From Anaeromyxobacteraceae bacterium (lineage in GTDB: Bacteria; Myxococcota; Myxococcia; Myxococcales; Anaeromyxobacteraceae): DNA of 64,000 nt. The stretch's first letter is position 1, and each line of letters opens with the position of its first letter. A program made the position numbers and the translations under genes. Positions 39,449 through 50,929 of this stretch are shown in pieces. The notes beneath the pieces are model-generated. The model had not been told where the DNA came from and ran no database searches. It saw only the letters and a program-made list of their open reading frames with translations. The stretch lies in NCBI GenBank assembly GCA_047602405.1, contig JASGHJ010000001.1:1344001-1408000 (forward strand), written 5' to 3'.

Positions 39449-40461
39449 ACGAGGCTGAGCCGCTCGCCCGGCTCCACGAGGAGCCGCTCGCGCGCCTTCG
39501 CCGGGAGCCGCACCGTCTCGCCCTCGATGCGCGCCGGCGTCCGCACCGCGCGGAAGCGCACCCGCGCGCCGGGGCGGGCCACGCCGACCAGCCACTCCTC
39601 GGCGTCCCGGTCGAGCGGGGCCGCCGCGAGCTTCACCCTGCGGTGGCGGCGGACCAGCGAGACCTCGGCGAGCTTCGCCTCGTAGTGCGGGCCGCCGTCG
39701 AACGGGTCGATGCGGTGCACGTACGAGAAGCCGATCTTCTCGAGCATGTGCTTCACGGGCTCGCTCGCCGGGCCGACCGCGCCGAGGTGCTTCTGCACGC
39801 CGGGCGGGAAGAGCGTCGCGTAGACGTCCACGCCCGGGAAGAGCTGCTGGATGAACTCCTTGTTCTCGCGGCTCTTCTTGTCGGCGGTCTGGTAGTCGAG
39901 GTCGGTGAAGCGCTTCCCGAACGCCTCCCAGAACGCGCTCCGGCCGTCGGCCGTGAGCGGCGGCATGAGCTCGGCGAGGACCGTCTCGCGGAAGCGGTCC
40001 TGGAACATCGCCATGTAGAGGAAGCGCACGAAGCTGAGCTGCTTGCCGGGCTTGTCCTCGCCGCCGCGCTCGGAGGGGTGGACGACGAGGCCGCCGATCT
40101 CGGTCGGGCCGTCGAAGTGGTAGCCCATCGACAGGACCGGGTGCTTGAAGTGCCGGTCGAGCGTCGAGGAGTAGTGCTCGCGCTCCGAGACGTCGAAGAA
40201 GGTGCACGGCGACTCGCGGGTGCCGTGCTGCGCGATGACCATCGAGGTCCCGACGATGCGCCGGGTGCGCGCCTCCTCGGCGACGAACACGTAGTGCCGC
40301 TCGAGGGGATCGCGGATCTTCCCGGTGAAGCTCCGCACCGACCGGTCGATGATCTTCGCGAGCGCCCGCTCGTCGGCGGGCAGGTTGACCGTGTTGAGGA
40401 CCTGGGCGAGCCGGACGATGCTCGCGAGGTCCGACCGCTGGGCGTCTCGGAGGAGGAGCAT
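39436..40461 (-). CDS. astA: Arginine N-succinyltransferase
   Basis: NLPAD, YVFVAE, TEIGGL, VLAEL, SAFWE..G..F, DPFDGGP. Confidence 0.85.
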   Translation of the reverse strand: MLLLRDAQRSDLASIVRLAQVLNTVNLPADERALAKIIDRSVRSFTGKIRDPLERHYVFVAEEARTRRIVGTSMVIAQHGTRESPCTFFDVSEREHYSSTLDRHFKHPVLSMGYHFDGPTEIGGLVVHPSERGGEDKPGKQLSFVRFLYMAMFQDRFRETVLAELMPPLTADGRSAFWEAFGKRFTDLDYQTADKKSRENKEFIQQLFPGVDVYATLFPPGVQKHLGAVGPASEPVKHMLEKIGFSYVHRIDPFDGGPHYEAKLAEVSLVRRHRRVKLAAAPLDRDAEEWLVGVARPGARVRFRAVRTPARIEGETVRLPAKARERLLVEPGERLSLVPFD

Positions 40462-40623
40462 GGTGGGCCCTGCCGGGCGGGAGGGGTCTAGCACGGCCCC
40501 CACCCGGAGTCACCGGGCGGCACCGGAGGGGCTCGGACGGGGCGGGTGCCAGCCCGGTGCCGGACACGGGGGCGGTGCCGGACATCGTTGCGCGGCGCGG
40601 CGTCGCGTGCCATGGAACCCCCC

Positions 40624-41073
40624 ATGCGCGCGGTGGTGCAGCGGGTTTCCCGGGGCGAGGTCCGGGTCGACGGCGCCGTGACCGGCTCGGTCGGGAAGGG
40701 GCTCGTGGTCCTCCTCGGGGTCGCGAAGGAGGACGGTGAGGCCGACGCCCGGGCGCTCGCCGACAAGGTCGCGGCGCTCCGCATCTTCGAGGACGCCGCC
40801 GGAAAGATGAACCTCGCGGTCGCCGAGGTGGGCGGCGGGGTGCTGGTGGTGTCGCAGTTCACGCTCCTCGGCGACGCCCGCAAGGGCAACCGCCCGAGCT
40901 TCATCGACGCCGCGCCGCCCGAGGCCGCGAACGCGCTCTACGAGACCTTCTGCGCGCTGCTCCGGGAGAAGGGGCTGCCGGTCGGCACCGGCGTCTTCCG
41001 CGCGCACATGGACGTCGAGCTCGTCAACGACGGGCCGGTGACCCTGCTCCTCGACTCCCGCAAGCTGTTTTGA
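40624..41073 (+). CDS. dtd: D-aminoacyl-tRNA deacylase
   Basis: [37 protein letters not shown]. Confidence 0.96.
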   Translation: MRAVVQRVSRGEVRVDGAVTGSVGKGLVVLLGVAKEDGEADARALADKVAALRIFEDAAGKMNLAVAEVGGGVLVVSQFTLLGDARKGNRPSFIDAAPPEAANALYETFCALLREKGLPVGTGVFRAHMDVELVNDGPVTLLLDSRKLF

Positions 41074-41086
41074 CCCGAGGTGAACG

Positions 41087-41437
41087 ATGGCCGACTGCAT
41101 CTTCTGCAAGATCGTGGCGAAGCAGATCCCGGCGCGGGTGGTCCACGAGGACGACCACGTGATCGCCTTCGAGGACCTCAACCCCCAGGCGCCCACGCAC
41201 GTCCTCGTCATCCCGAAGAAGCACGTCGCGACGCTCGACGACGTCGCCCCCGAGGACGAGGCGCTCGTCGGGAAGCTCGTCCGGGCGGGCTCGGCCATCG
41301 TGAAGGCGCGCGGCCTCACCGGCCGCGGCTGGCGCGCGGTCATGAACGCGAACCAGGACGCCGGCCAGACCGTGTTCCACATCCACCTGCACGTCGTCGC
41401 CGGGCGCGCCATGGGCTGGCCCCCGTTCCCGGCGTGA
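41087..41437 (+). CDS. Histidine triad (HIT) nucleotide-binding protein
   Basis: CIFCKI, PQAPTHVLVIPK, QTVFHIHLHV. Confidence 0.95.
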   Translation: MADCIFCKIVAKQIPARVVHEDDHVIAFEDLNPQAPTHVLVIPKKHVATLDDVAPEDEALVGKLVRAGSAIVKARGLTGRGWRAVMNANQDAGQTVFHIHLHVVAGRAMGWPPFPA

Positions 41438-41468
41438 CGGGCCAGCCCGGGGCGGCGGAGGCAAGGCC

Positions 41469-41999
41469 GTGACCGAGCTCGACGTCTCGGGCTGGGTCCC
41501 GTTCCCGCTCCCCGAGGTCCTCGCGTTCTTCTCGGACCCGCGGAACCTCCCCCGCATCATGCCCGCGGAGCTCGACGCGCGGATCGTCTCCATCTCCCGC
41601 GTGCCGCCGGCGCCGCCCGGCGATCCCGCCGCCGCCGGGCCCGGCACCGAGATCGCGCTCACGTTCCGGCCCGCGCCGCCCTTGCCGTTCCGCGCCCGCT
41701 GGCGCGCGCGCATCGTCGCCTTCGAGCCGGGCGTCGCGTTCGAGGACGAGCAGGCCGAGGGGCCGTTCGCCGCCTGGCGCCACCGGCACGAGTTCCGCGC
41801 CGAGCGGCGCACCGTCGAGGGCAGGGCGATCGACGGCACGGTCGTGCGCGACCTCGTGCGCTTCGAGGTGGGCTTTCGCCCGCTCGGCGCGCTCGCCGCG
41901 CGCCTCGTGGTGGGGCCGCGGATGCGGGCGGCGTTCCGGCACCGGCAGCGGGCGCTGCCGGGGCTGCTCGAGGCCGCGCGGCGGTTCAGCGCCCCGTGA
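41469..41999 (+). CDS. SRPBCC family protein
   Basis: FFSDPRNL..I.P, F.DEQ..GPFA.W.HRHEF. Confidence 0.8.
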   Translation: MTELDVSGWVPFPLPEVLAFFSDPRNLPRIMPAELDARIVSISRVPPAPPGDPAAAGPGTEIALTFRPAPPLPFRARWRARIVAFEPGVAFEDEQAEGPFAAWRHRHEFRAERRTVEGRAIDGTVVRDLVRFEVGFRPLGALAARLVVGPRMRAAFRHRQRALPGLLEAARRFSAP

Positions 42000-42432
42000 A
42001 CTCGACGCCCGCGCCCAGCTCCGGCCGGCGCGCGCCCCATGCGAACGCGGCGAGCACGAGCGGCAGCGCCACGAGGTCCGTCGGGTCCACGACGATCCGG
42101 TTCGAGGCCCCGAGGAGCGGCACGGTCGCGAGGTCGAGCGCCGCGGTCACCGCGCCCGCCGCCGCCGCCGAGAGCTTCACCGCCGCGAACGCGGCGGCGG
42201 TGACCACCGCGCCGATCGCGAGCCGCCGGCGGCGCGGCCACGGCGTCGCGCACGCGAGCGCCGCGGACAGGAAGAGCGGGAGCACGAAGCAGCCCGCGAG
42301 GTCGGAGAGCTTCCCGGTGATCGCGCCCGGGAACGCGGCCTTCAGCAGGTGATCGTTCAGCGCGAGGAGCGCGGCGGCCCCGAGCGGCAGCGGGCCCGCG
42401 AGCTCCGGGATGGGCGGGAGGCCGAGCTTCAC
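41986..42432 (-). CDS. Conserved hypothetical membrane protein
   Basis: LLALNDHLLK...TGKLSDLAG, DPTDLVAL; hydrophobic segments. Confidence 0.7.
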   Translation of the reverse strand: MKLGLPPIPELAGPLPLGAAALLALNDHLLKAAFPGAITGKLSDLAGCFVLPLFLSAALACATPWPRRRRLAIGAVVTAAAFAAVKLSAAAAGAVTAALDLATVPLLGASNRIVVDPTDLVALPLVLAAFAWGARRPELGAGVEFTGR

Positions 42433-42510
42433 GCGGGGAGCGTGCGCCCGGGGTACGGGGGCGTCAACGGCCGCGATGACGCGGCCGACGCCCTCGACCT
42501 CCCGCGGTCC

Positions 42511-43933
42511 CTACCGCCGCTTGACCCGGATCTCGACGCGCCGGTTCTGCTCGCGGCCGGACTCGTAGTCGTTCGACGCGATCGGCCTCGACTCGCCGTA
42601 GCCGCGCGTGTCGATGCGCGTCCCCGCGATGCCGCGGCGGACGAGGTAGCGCTTCACCGCGTCCGCGCGGTTCGACGAGAGCAGCCGGTTCTTGCCCGGC
42701 GCGCCCTGGCTGTCGGTGTGGCCCTCGATCACGATGTCGATCGTCGGGTTCTCCTCGAGGATCGTCACGACCTGGTCGAGCAGCGCGAACGACCGCTCGG
42801 AGATGCGCGCGCTCCTCGGCTCGAACTGGATCTTCTCCTCGAGCGCGATCCGGCCGGTCTCGAGGCGGGCGCCGGCCTTCGGGGCGGCGGGGCGCGGCGC
42901 GGGCGGCGGCGGGACCGGGGCGGGCGCGGGCACCTGCGAGGGCGCGGGGGTGGTCCGCGCCGGCGGGGTGGTGGCGCGCGGGGGCGGCGGGAGGGCGGGC
43001 GACGGGCGGACCGCCGCGGGCGTCGCGCGGGCCGGCTCGACGTCGCCGGTGGGCCACGCGAGGCCGAGGAGCGCGCGGTAGCGCGGCGTGCCGGGGGCGT
43101 CGCCGATGCCGGGGCCGCCCATCACGAAGGCGTCGAACGCCGCGACGCGGAAGCGGACGCCTGCGAGCGCCTCGCCGTAGGAGCCCAGCTTGTCGAAGTT
43201 CATGCCGCCGCGCAGCGCGAGCTCGCCGCGCACGCGGCCGGTCGTCGCGAACACGAGCCCGCCGGTGACCTCGTGCTGCAGGGTGACCGGGCCCATGTCG
43301 ACCGCCTTCTGCCGGTAGAGGAAGCCCGCGTCGAGGCCCACCACGAGGCCCGCGAGCCGCGTGCCGACCTCGAGGTGCGGGCGCGCGACGATGCCGTCGG
43401 GGCGCACCACCGAGTTCTTCGCGCCGAGCGGGCCGGAGACGTCCGCGCCGACCGCGACGTCGAGGTCGCCGCGCATGAGCGGGATCTTGAAGCCGACCCA
43501 GGGCGCCGCGAGCGCGGTGCGCTTCGGGTTCGGCACGCCGACCGCGGTGAGGTCGTCGCCGATCTGCCAGGCCCATCACCGGGAGCTCGCCGTGGAGCTC
43601 GAGCCAGGAGGTGGGCGTCCACGCCGCGAGGAGGTGCACCCCGATGCGGTCGGAGATGTAGTCCTCGACGCGGTCGGTGGTGCCGCCGAAGCCGTTGCCG
43701 AGCAGCAGGCCGTCGGAGCGGTAGGCGAGCGGCCGGCCCTCGCCCATGATCACGTACGAGAGGCGGAACGCGCCCGCGGGCGCGAGCGCGCCGGTGCCCT
43801 GGGTGAGCGCGCCCACCGCGGCCGGGTCGAGCCGGAGGCGCTCGAGGTCGAACATCGGGATCTGCGCGCGGGCGACCGCGGGGATGCCGGCGAGGAGCGC
43901 GGCGAGGAGCAGGACCCTCGAGAGACGGTTCAT
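42511..43933 (-). CDS. OmpA family outer-membrane protein (beta-barrel, Pro-rich linker, OmpA_C), about 473 aa, +1 frameshift at about 43573
   Basis: Signal peptide ending ARA-Q; IEGHTD, N..LS..RA..V, GYGESRP, NRRVE; removing one base restores VMAWQIGDD. Confidence 0.85.
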
Positions 43934-44141
43934 CGTGTGTGGACCTCGGCCGGTTGCCGGCAGGTGCGCCGCTGCACGGGCGGTGGAGCGATCGGACGGC
44001 CGGATGCTACCGCGATCGGGCCCCCGTACCGAGATCCCGGCACGGGCCCCCAGCCGGAGCGAGGGACGGCGTATGCTATCCACCCACACGTACTCCCCGG
44101 CACCCTTCACCCGAAGGGAAGGGGGCGGAAGGCCTCGAAAC

Positions 44142-45038
44142 GTGCTCGCCCCGATACCGCGCCGCTCCGTCCTCTACGTCCCCGCGTCGAACGCCCGCGC
44201 CCTCGAGAAGGCCCGCGCGCTCCCGGCCGACGCCATCGTGCTCGACCTCGAGGACGGCGTCGCCCCGGACGCGAAGGGCGCCGCCCGGACGGCCGCGGTC
44301 GGCGCCGTCGCGGCGCTCGCGAGGGCGGTGGGTGGGCCGGGCCTCGCGCCCCGCGAGGTCGCCATCCGCGTGAACCACGCCGCGACGCCGTGGGGCGCCG
44401 ACGACCTCACCGCGGTCGCCCGCTCCGGCGCGGCCGCCGCCGTGCTCCCCAAGGTCGAGTCGCCGGACGAGGTCCGCGCCGCCGCCGCCGCGCTCGCGGC
44501 CGCGGGGGCCCCGGCCTCGCTCGCGCTCTGGGCGATGATCGAGACGCCGCGCGGCGTGCTCGCCGCCGACGCGATCGCCGGCGCCCACCCGCGCCTCGCG
44601 GTCCTCGTGGCGGGCACGAGCGACCTCGTGGCCGACCTCCGCGCCCGGCACGTGCCGGGCCGCCTCCCCGTCCTGACGAGCCTCTCGCTCCTCGTGCTCG
44701 CGGCCCGGGCCCACGGACTCGGCGTGCTGGACGGCGTGCACCTCGACCTCGACGACGGGGCCGGGTTCGAGGCCGCCTGCGACCAGGGCCGGGACCTCGG
44801 CTTCGACGGCAAGACCCTCATCCACCCGCGCCAGCTCGAGCCCGCCAACCGGGCCTTCGCGCCCGCCGCGGCCGCCGTCGACCACGCCCGGCGGGTGCTC
44901 GCCGCCCACGCCGAGGCGCTCGCCCGCGGGAGCGGGGTGGCGGTCCTCGATGGCCGGCTCGTCGAGAACCTGCACGCCGAGGAGGCGAGGCGCCTCGTCG
45001 CGCTCTCGGAGGCGATCGCGGCGCGCGGGATGGGGTAG
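44142..45038 (+). CDS. HpcH/CitE family CoA-ester lyase
   Basis: RRSVLYVPA, LDLEDGV, IRVN, LPKVES, MIET..G, GFDGKTLIHP.Q. Confidence 0.92.
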   Translation: MLAPIPRRSVLYVPASNARALEKARALPADAIVLDLEDGVAPDAKGAARTAAVGAVAALARAVGGPGLAPREVAIRVNHAATPWGADDLTAVARSGAAAAVLPKVESPDEVRAAAAALAAAGAPASLALWAMIETPRGVLAADAIAGAHPRLAVLVAGTSDLVADLRARHVPGRLPVLTSLSLLVLAARAHGLGVLDGVHLDLDDGAGFEAACDQGRDLGFDGKTLIHPRQLEPANRAFAPAAAAVDHARRVLAAHAEALARGSGVAVLDGRLVENLHAEEARRLVALSEAIAARGMG

Positions 45039-45051
45039 ACTCGGCGGTCCC

Positions 45052-45405
45052 GTGCGAGGAATCCGAGGCGCCACCCAGATCGCCGAGAACAGCGTCGCCG
45101 CCATCGAGGACGCGGTGGTCGAGATGTGCCGCGAGCTCGAGCGGCGCAACCGCATCGGCCCGGCCGACATCACCTGGGCGATCTTCACGGTCACGCACGA
45201 CCTCGACGCCGACTTCCCGGCCCGCGCCGCGCGCACGGCGGGCTGGAGCGCGGTCCCGATGATCTGCTCGCAGGAGATCCCGGTGCCGGGCTCGATGCCA
45301 CGGGTGGTGCGCGTGCTCCTCCACGTCGACTCGGACGGCCCGCGCGACCACGTCTACCTGCGCGGCGCCCAGGCGCTCCGCCCCGACCTCCACGTGAAGC
45401 CCTGA
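45052..45405 (+). CDS. aroH: AroH-type (Bacillus-type) chorismate mutase
   Basis: [41 protein letters not shown]. Confidence 0.93.
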   Translation: MRGIRGATQIAENSVAAIEDAVVEMCRELERRNRIGPADITWAIFTVTHDLDADFPARAARTAGWSAVPMICSQEIPVPGSMPRVVRVLLHVDSDGPRDHVYLRGAQALRPDLHVKP

Positions 45406-45415
45406 GAGGTCCCTC

Positions 45416-46261
45416 GTGTCCGGCTGGCCCGACGAGAAGAGGTTCCCCAAGGCGGCGCTGAACGCCCGCGCCCGCACGGTCGTGCGCATCGGCCGCGGCC
45501 CGGGCGCCGTCGAGGTGGGCGGCGAGCGGGTGGTGCTCGTCGCCGGTCCGTGCGCCGTCGAGTCGTGGGAGGTGCTGCTCGAGGCGGCGCGCGCCGCGCA
45601 GGCGGCCGGTGCCCGGCTCATGCGCGGCGGGGCGATGAAGCCCCGGACCTCGCCGTACGACTTCCAGGGGCTCGGCGAGGAGGGGCTGAAGCTGCTCGCC
45701 CGCGCGCGCGAGGAGACCGGCCTCGGCGTCGTGACCGAGGTGCTCGACCCGCGCGACGTCCCGCTCGTCGAGGAGTACGCCGACTGCTTCCAGATCGGCG
45801 CCCGCAACATGCAGAACGCGCCGCTGCTCCGCGCGGTCGGCAAGGCGCGCCGGCCGGTGCTCCTGAAGCGCGCGCCCTCCGGCACGCTCGAGGAGCTCCT
45901 GCTCGCGGCCGAGTACGTGCTCGACGCCGGCAACCCGGACGTCATGCTCTGCGAGCGCGGCATCCGCACCTTCGAGCCGGCGACCCGCAACACCTTCGAT
46001 CTCTCCGCGGTCCCGGCGCTGAAGCGACTCACGCACCTGCCGGTCCTCGCCGACCCGTCGCACGGCACCGGCCGGCGCGAGCTCGTCGCGGACATGGCGG
46101 TCGCGGCGGTGGCGGCCGGCGCCGACGGGCTCCTCATCGAGGTCCACCCCCGGCCCGCCGAGGCCCGCTCCGACGGCCCGCAGGCGCTCACGCCGGCCAT
46201 GCTGCTGGCGCTCGCCCCGCGCCTCGCCGCGGTGGCCCGGGCGGTGGGGCGGTCGTCGTGA
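45416..46261 (+). CDS. aroF: DAHP synthase (class I-beta)
   Basis: [46 protein letters not shown]. Confidence 0.93.
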   Translation: MSGWPDEKRFPKAALNARARTVVRIGRGPGAVEVGGERVVLVAGPCAVESWEVLLEAARAAQAAGARLMRGGAMKPRTSPYDFQGLGEEGLKLLARAREETGLGVVTEVLDPRDVPLVEEYADCFQIGARNMQNAPLLRAVGKARRPVLLKRAPSGTLEELLLAAEYVLDAGNPDVMLCERGIRTFEPATRNTFDLSAVPALKRLTHLPVLADPSHGTGRRELVADMAVAAVAAGADGLLIEVHPRPAEARSDGPQALTPAMLLALAPRLAAVARAVGRSS

Positions 46262-47118
46262 GCGGCGCGCAGCCGTCACCTCGGGCGATCCCGGCCGGCG
46301 TCGCGATCGTCGGGCTCGGCCTGATGGGCGGCTCGATCGCGAAGGCGGTGCGCGCGGTGTCGCCCTCGACGCGGCTCGTCGGCGTCGAGCCGCGCGAGGA
46401 CCTGCGCGCGCAGGCGCTCGCGGCCGGCGCGGTCGACGAGGCGCATTCCGCTCCCGGGCCCGCGCTGGCCGGCTGCGGGGTCGCGGTGCTCTGCACGCCG
46501 GTCGCCGCCATCGAGGCGCTCCTCGGCCCGGTCTCGGCGGCGCTCCCCGACGGCGCGATCCTCACCGACGTCGGCGGCGCGAAGGAGAAGGTGCTCGCCG
46601 CCGCCCGGACCGCGGTCCGGCCCGGCGTGCGGTTCGTGGGCGCCCACCCGATGTTCGGCGGGCACGGCGGCTTCGCGGGCTCCTCCGCCGAGAAGTGGAA
46701 GGGCGGCGCGGTCGCGGTCTGCACCGACGGCGACCCCGCGGCGGTCGACGCGGTCGAGGCGCTGCACCGCGCGCTCGGCGCCACCGTCGAGCGCTGCACC
46801 GCCGCCGAGCACGACGAGGCGGTCGCGATGGTCTCGCACCTGCCGTACCTCGTCGCGTCCGCGCTCGCCTCGGCGACCCGCGAGGCGGGCCCGCTCGCCG
46901 CGAGGCTCGCCGGCCCGGGGCTCAAGGACATGACCCGGCTCGCGGCCTTCCCGTTCGACATCCAGGGCGAGGTGGCCCGCCGCAACCGCCACCTGCCCAC
47001 CGCCGCGGCCCGGCTGCGCCGCCACCTCGAGGCGCTCCTCGCCGCGATCGGCGAGTCGCCCGACGCGGCCCGCGGCGCGCTGGAGGCGGCCCGCGCCGCC
47101 CGGGAGGAGCTGTTTTGA
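46258..47118 (+). CDS. tyrA: Prephenate/arogenate dehydrogenase
   Basis: [41 protein letters not shown]. Confidence 0.9.
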   Translation: MSGAQPSPRAIPAGVAIVGLGLMGGSIAKAVRAVSPSTRLVGVEPREDLRAQALAAGAVDEAHSAPGPALAGCGVAVLCTPVAAIEALLGPVSAALPDGAILTDVGGAKEKVLAAARTAVRPGVRFVGAHPMFGGHGGFAGSSAEKWKGGAVAVCTDGDPAAVDAVEALHRALGATVERCTAAEHDEAVAMVSHLPYLVASALASATREAGPLAARLAGPGLKDMTRLAAFPFDIQGEVARRNRHLPTAAARLRRHLEALLAAIGESPDAARGALEAARAAREELF

Positions 47119-48470
47119 GCGGCCCGAAGGCCTCACCCGCGGCGGCCCCGGCGCTGTCGGGGTCCCTCGCCTGCCGGCGCGCTGGCCCGCTCCGGGGCGC
47201 GATCACGGTGCCCGGCGACAAGTCGGTCTCGCACCGGTCGCTCCTCTTCGGCGCGCTCGCCGTCGGCGAGACCCGGGTGACCGGGCTCCTCGAGGCGGAG
47301 GACGTCCGCTCCACGCGGCGCGCGGTCGAGGCGATGGGCGCGACGGTGCGGGAGGATGGGCCCGAGATCGTGGTGACGCCGCCCGAGCGGCTCGGCGAGC
47401 CCGGGGACGTCATCGACTGCGGCAACTCCGGGACGAGCCTGCGCCTCCTCGCGGGCGTGCTCTCGGGCGTGCCCGGCCTCGCGGTGCTCACCGGCGACGC
47501 CTCGCTGCGCAGGCGCCCGGTGAAGCGGGTCATCGAGCCGCTCCGGCGCATGGGCGCGACGCTCTCCGCCCGCGACGGCGACCGGCTGCCGCCGCTCGTC
47601 GTGAAGGGGGGCGGGCTCCGCGGGGCGCGCCACGTCCTCGAGGTCGCGAGCGCGCAGGTGAAGAGCGCGATCCTCCTCGCCGGGCTCCGCGCCGAGGGCG
47701 AGACCACGGTGGTCGAGCCCGAGCGCTCCCGCGACCACACCGAGCGGATGTTCACGGGCATGGGGCTCCCGGTGCGCGTCGACGGCACCGCGGTGACGAT
47801 CGCCCCCGGGCGCCTCGCCGGCGCCCGGGTCGACGTGCCCGGCGACGTCTCCTCGGCCGCGTTCTTCCTGTGCGCCGCGGCCGGCGTGCCGGGCTCCGAG
47901 GTCACCGTGCGCGGGATGGGCACGAACGAGACCCGCACCGGCGTCGTCGACGTGCTGCGCGCGATGGGCGCCGACCTCGCGCTCTCGAACGAGCGGACCG
48001 TCGCCGGCGAGCCGCGCGCCGACGTGACCGTGCGGGCGGCGGACCTCCGCGCCGCCGAGATCCGCGGCGCCCTCGTCCCCCGGCTCATCGACGAGCTCCC
48101 GGTGCTGATGGTGCTCGCCACCCAGGCGCGCGGGACCACCATCATCCGCGACGCGCGGGAGCTCCGGGTGAAGGAGTCCGACCGGCTCGCCGCGATGGGC
48201 GAGACGCTCGCCGCCGCGGGCGCGCGGATCGAGCTCTTCGACGACGGCTGCGCCATCGAGGGGCCGGTGCGGCTCCGCGGCGTGAGCGTCCGGACCCGGC
48301 TCGACCACCGCATCGCCATGTCGATGGCCGTCGCGCAGCTCTTCATGGCGCGCGGCGAGGAGGTCGTGCTCGACGACGTGGCCTGCGTCGCGACCTCGTT
48401 CCCGACCTTCTTCTCGCTGCTCGACGGGCTGTGTTCGAGCGGCGGTCAGGGCCACGGAGGCGCGCGATGA
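47115..48470 (+). CDS. aroA: EPSP synthase (class II)
   Basis: [45 protein letters not shown]. Confidence 0.96.
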   Translation: MSGPKASPAAAPALSGSLACRRAGPLRGAITVPGDKSVSHRSLLFGALAVGETRVTGLLEAEDVRSTRRAVEAMGATVREDGPEIVVTPPERLGEPGDVIDCGNSGTSLRLLAGVLSGVPGLAVLTGDASLRRRPVKRVIEPLRRMGATLSARDGDRLPPLVVKGGGLRGARHVLEVASAQVKSAILLAGLRAEGETTVVEPERSRDHTERMFTGMGLPVRVDGTAVTIAPGRLAGARVDVPGDVSSAAFFLCAAAGVPGSEVTVRGMGTNETRTGVVDVLRAMGADLALSNERTVAGEPRADVTVRAADLRAAEIRGALVPRLIDELPVLMVLATQARGTTIIRDARELRVKESDRLAAMGETLAAAGARIELFDDGCAIEGPVRLRGVSVRTRLDHRIAMSMAVAQLFMARGEEVVLDDVACVATSFPTFFSLLDGLCSSGGQGHGGAR

Positions 48471-49306
48471 ACGTCACCGGCCACACCGCGGTCTACGGCG
48501 TCCTCGGCCACCCGGTCGCACACAGCCGCTCGCCGGCGATGCAGATCGCGGCCTTCGAGGCGTGCGGGATCGACGCCGTCTACGTCGCGCTCCCGGTCCA
48601 GCCCGAGCGGATCGAGGAGGCCCTGAAGGGCGCGCACGCGCTCGGCTTCCAGGGGCTCAACGTCACGGTGCCGCACAAGCAGCGCGCCGCCGCGGCCTGC
48701 GTGACGCTCGATCCCATCGCCCGCGAGATCGGCGCGGCGAACACGCTCCGCCGCACCGCGCTCGGCTGGGAGGGCTTCAACACCGACGCCCCCGCCTGCC
48801 GCGCGCTCCTCGACGCCGCCGGCATGAAGGCGGGCGCCCGCGCGCTCGTGGTCGGGGCGGGCGGCGCCGCGCGCGCCGCGGTCTGGGCGCTCCTGCAGGC
48901 CGGCGCGCACGTGCGGATCGCGTCCCGCCGCCCGGACTCCGCCGACGGGCTCGCGAGGGAGTCCGCCGCGTGGATCCGGGATCCGCGCGTGCGGGTCGAG
49001 CCGGCCGCGTTCGGCGCGCTCGAGGCCGAGGCCGCGGGCTGCGACGTCGTCGTGAACGCGACGCCGATCGGCCTCACCGCCGACCAGGGCCTGCCGGTGA
49101 CGCTCCGCAGCGACCAGCTCGTGGTCGACTTCGTGTACGGCGAGACGGCGTTCGAGGTGGCGGCCCGCGAGGCGGGCGCGCACCTGGTGTCGGGCGAGGA
49201 GATCCTCGTCCGGCAGGGCGCCATCGCCTTCTCGGTCTGGACCGGGCGCCCGGCGCCCGAGGCCGCCATGGCCGCCGCGGTCGCGGCGGGAGGGAAGGTC
49301 ACGTGA
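48467..49306 (+). CDS. aroE: Shikimate dehydrogenase
   Basis: [43 protein letters not shown]. Confidence 0.94.
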   Translation: MNVTGHTAVYGVLGHPVAHSRSPAMQIAAFEACGIDAVYVALPVQPERIEEALKGAHALGFQGLNVTVPHKQRAAAACVTLDPIAREIGAANTLRRTALGWEGFNTDAPACRALLDAAGMKAGARALVVGAGGAARAAVWALLQAGAHVRIASRRPDSADGLARESAAWIRDPRVRVEPAAFGALEAEAAGCDVVVNATPIGLTADQGLPVTLRSDQLVVDFVYGETAFEVAAREAGAHLVSGEEILVRQGAIAFSVWTGRPAPEAAMAAAVAAGGKVT

Positions 49307-50445
49307 CGCTGCGCTACCTCACCGCCGGCGAGTCGCACGGCCCGGGGCTCGTCGCCATCGCCGAGGGCTTCCCGGCCGGGCTCGCCGTCGACTTCGGGGC
49401 GGTGAACGCGGATCTCCGCCGCCGCCAGCAGGGCTACGGCCGCGGCGGCCGCCAGAAGATCGAGACCGACGAGGCCCAGTTCCTCGCGGGGCTGCGCGGC
49501 GGGGTGACGACCGGCGCGCCCATCGCGCTCGTGGTCTGGAACAAGGACCACGAGAACTGGAAGGACAACGTCTCGCCGTACGCGCGCGGCGGCCCGAAGA
49601 TCACCCGGGTCCGGCCCGGCCACGCCGACCTCGCCGGCGCGCTCAAGTACGGCCTCGACGACGCCCGCGACGTGCTCGAGCGCTCGAGCGCCCGCGGCAC
49701 CGCCACGATCGTCGCGCTCGGCGCGCTCGCCCGGCAGCTCCTCGCCCGGCTCGGCGTCACGGTCACCTCCCGCGTCACCGCCATCGGCGGCGACGCCTTC
49801 GCGCCCGCCGGGCCGCCCGACGCGGCCCAGCGCGCGGCCATCGAGGCCTCCGACCTGCGCGTCGACGACGAGGCGGTGGCCGCCCGGTGGCGGAAGCTCA
49901 TCGACGACGAGAAGGCGCGCGGCGGCTCCATCGGCGGCGCCTTCGAGGTCTACGCGACCGGGCTCCCCATCGGCCTCGGCAGCCACGTCCACCCCGATCG
50001 CCGGCTCGACGCCCGGCTCGCCGGCGCGCTCTGCGGGATCCAGGCGATCCGCGCCGCCGAGATCGGCGACGGCACGCGCGTCGACCTCACCGGGGACCGC
50101 TTCCACGACGCCATCCACCCCGACGGCCGCGGCTTCCGGCGGGACTCGAACCGCGCGGGCGGCCTCGAGGGCGGGATGACCGACGGCATGCCGCTCAGGG
50201 TGCGGGCGTACATGAAGCCCATCCCGACCATGCTGAAGCCGCTCGCCACCGTGGACCTCGCCTCCCGCGAGGCGACGCAGGCGGTCTACGAGCGGAGCGA
50301 CGTCTGCGCGGTGCCCGCCGCGGCGACCGTCGGCGAGGCGGTGGTGGCCTGGGTGCTCGCCGACGCCGTGCTCGAGAAGTTCGGCGGCGACGCGATGGTC
50401 GACGTCGAGCAGGCGATGCAGGCGTATGCCGCTCGGATCCGCTGA
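49303..50445 (+). CDS. aroC: Chorismate synthase
   Basis: [59 protein letters not shown]. Confidence 0.96.
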   Translation: MTLRYLTAGESHGPGLVAIAEGFPAGLAVDFGAVNADLRRRQQGYGRGGRQKIETDEAQFLAGLRGGVTTGAPIALVVWNKDHENWKDNVSPYARGGPKITRVRPGHADLAGALKYGLDDARDVLERSSARGTATIVALGALARQLLARLGVTVTSRVTAIGGDAFAPAGPPDAAQRAAIEASDLRVDDEAVAARWRKLIDDEKARGGSIGGAFEVYATGLPIGLGSHVHPDRRLDARLAGALCGIQAIRAAEIGDGTRVDLTGDRFHDAIHPDGRGFRRDSNRAGGLEGGMTDGMPLRVRAYMKPIPTMLKPLATVDLASREATQAVYERSDVCAVPAAATVGEAVVAWVLADAVLEKFGGDAMVDVEQAMQAYAARIR

Positions 50446-50929
50446 GACGCTCGCGCTCGCGGGCATGATGGGCGCCGGGAAGTCCACGGTCGCCGCGCAC
50501 CTCGCGCGCTGGCTCGGCCGGCCGCTCGTCTCGCTCGACGCCGCGATCGCGGCGCGGGCGGGGAAGCCCATCCCGGCGATCTTCCTCGAGGACGGCGAGC
50601 CCGCGTTCCGGGCGCTGGAGCGGGCCGCGGTCGCGGCCATCCCGGCGGGCGCGGTGGCGGACCTCGGCGGCGGGGCGTTCTGCGATCCCGCGAGCGCCGC
50701 GCGCCTGCTGCGCGTCGGGCGGGTCGTGTTCCTGGACGTCTCGGCGGCGGAGGCGCGGCGCCGGATCGCGGGGGATGCGGCTTCCAGGGGGAACGCCCGT
50801 CCCCTCGCGGCGTCCTGGGAGCCGCTCCTCGCGCGCCGCCTGCCGCTCTACCGCCGCGCCCACCTCACCGTGTCCGTCGACGGCCTTCACCCCGAGGCGG
50901 TCGCGCGCCGGATCCTGGAGGCCCTGTGA
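50426..50929 (+). CDS. aroK: Shikimate kinase
   Basis: [10 protein letters not shown]-loop, [20 protein letters not shown]. Confidence 0.92.
   Translation: MPLGSAETLALAGMMGAGKSTVAAHLARWLGRPLVSLDAAIAARAGKPIPAIFLEDGEPAFRALERAAVAAIPAGAVADLGGGAFCDPASAARLLRVGRVVFLDVSAAEARRRIAGDAASRGNARPLAASWEPLLARRLPLYRRAHLTVSVDGLHPEAVARRILEAL

Noticed and set aside
40537..40555. Sigma54 promoter (CTGGCAC on the - strand)
   Set aside because: No TTGC -12 element at the required spacing
5954..43933. Calling tamB, HNH, transglutaminase, argB, kinase, VOC and ompA pseudogenes or programmed frameshifts
   Set aside because: One indel each, shared sequence context, no other decay and no slippery heptamer seen; sequencing error is more parsimonious
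45058..45064. Other GAATC/GATTC words (about 45059, 60162, 60264, 32111, 59194) as extra frameshifts
   Set aside because: In aroH (RGIRG) and LuxR paralog 3 they are in frame with conserved motifs; at 32111 and 59194 the frame is open as given, so no error can be shown
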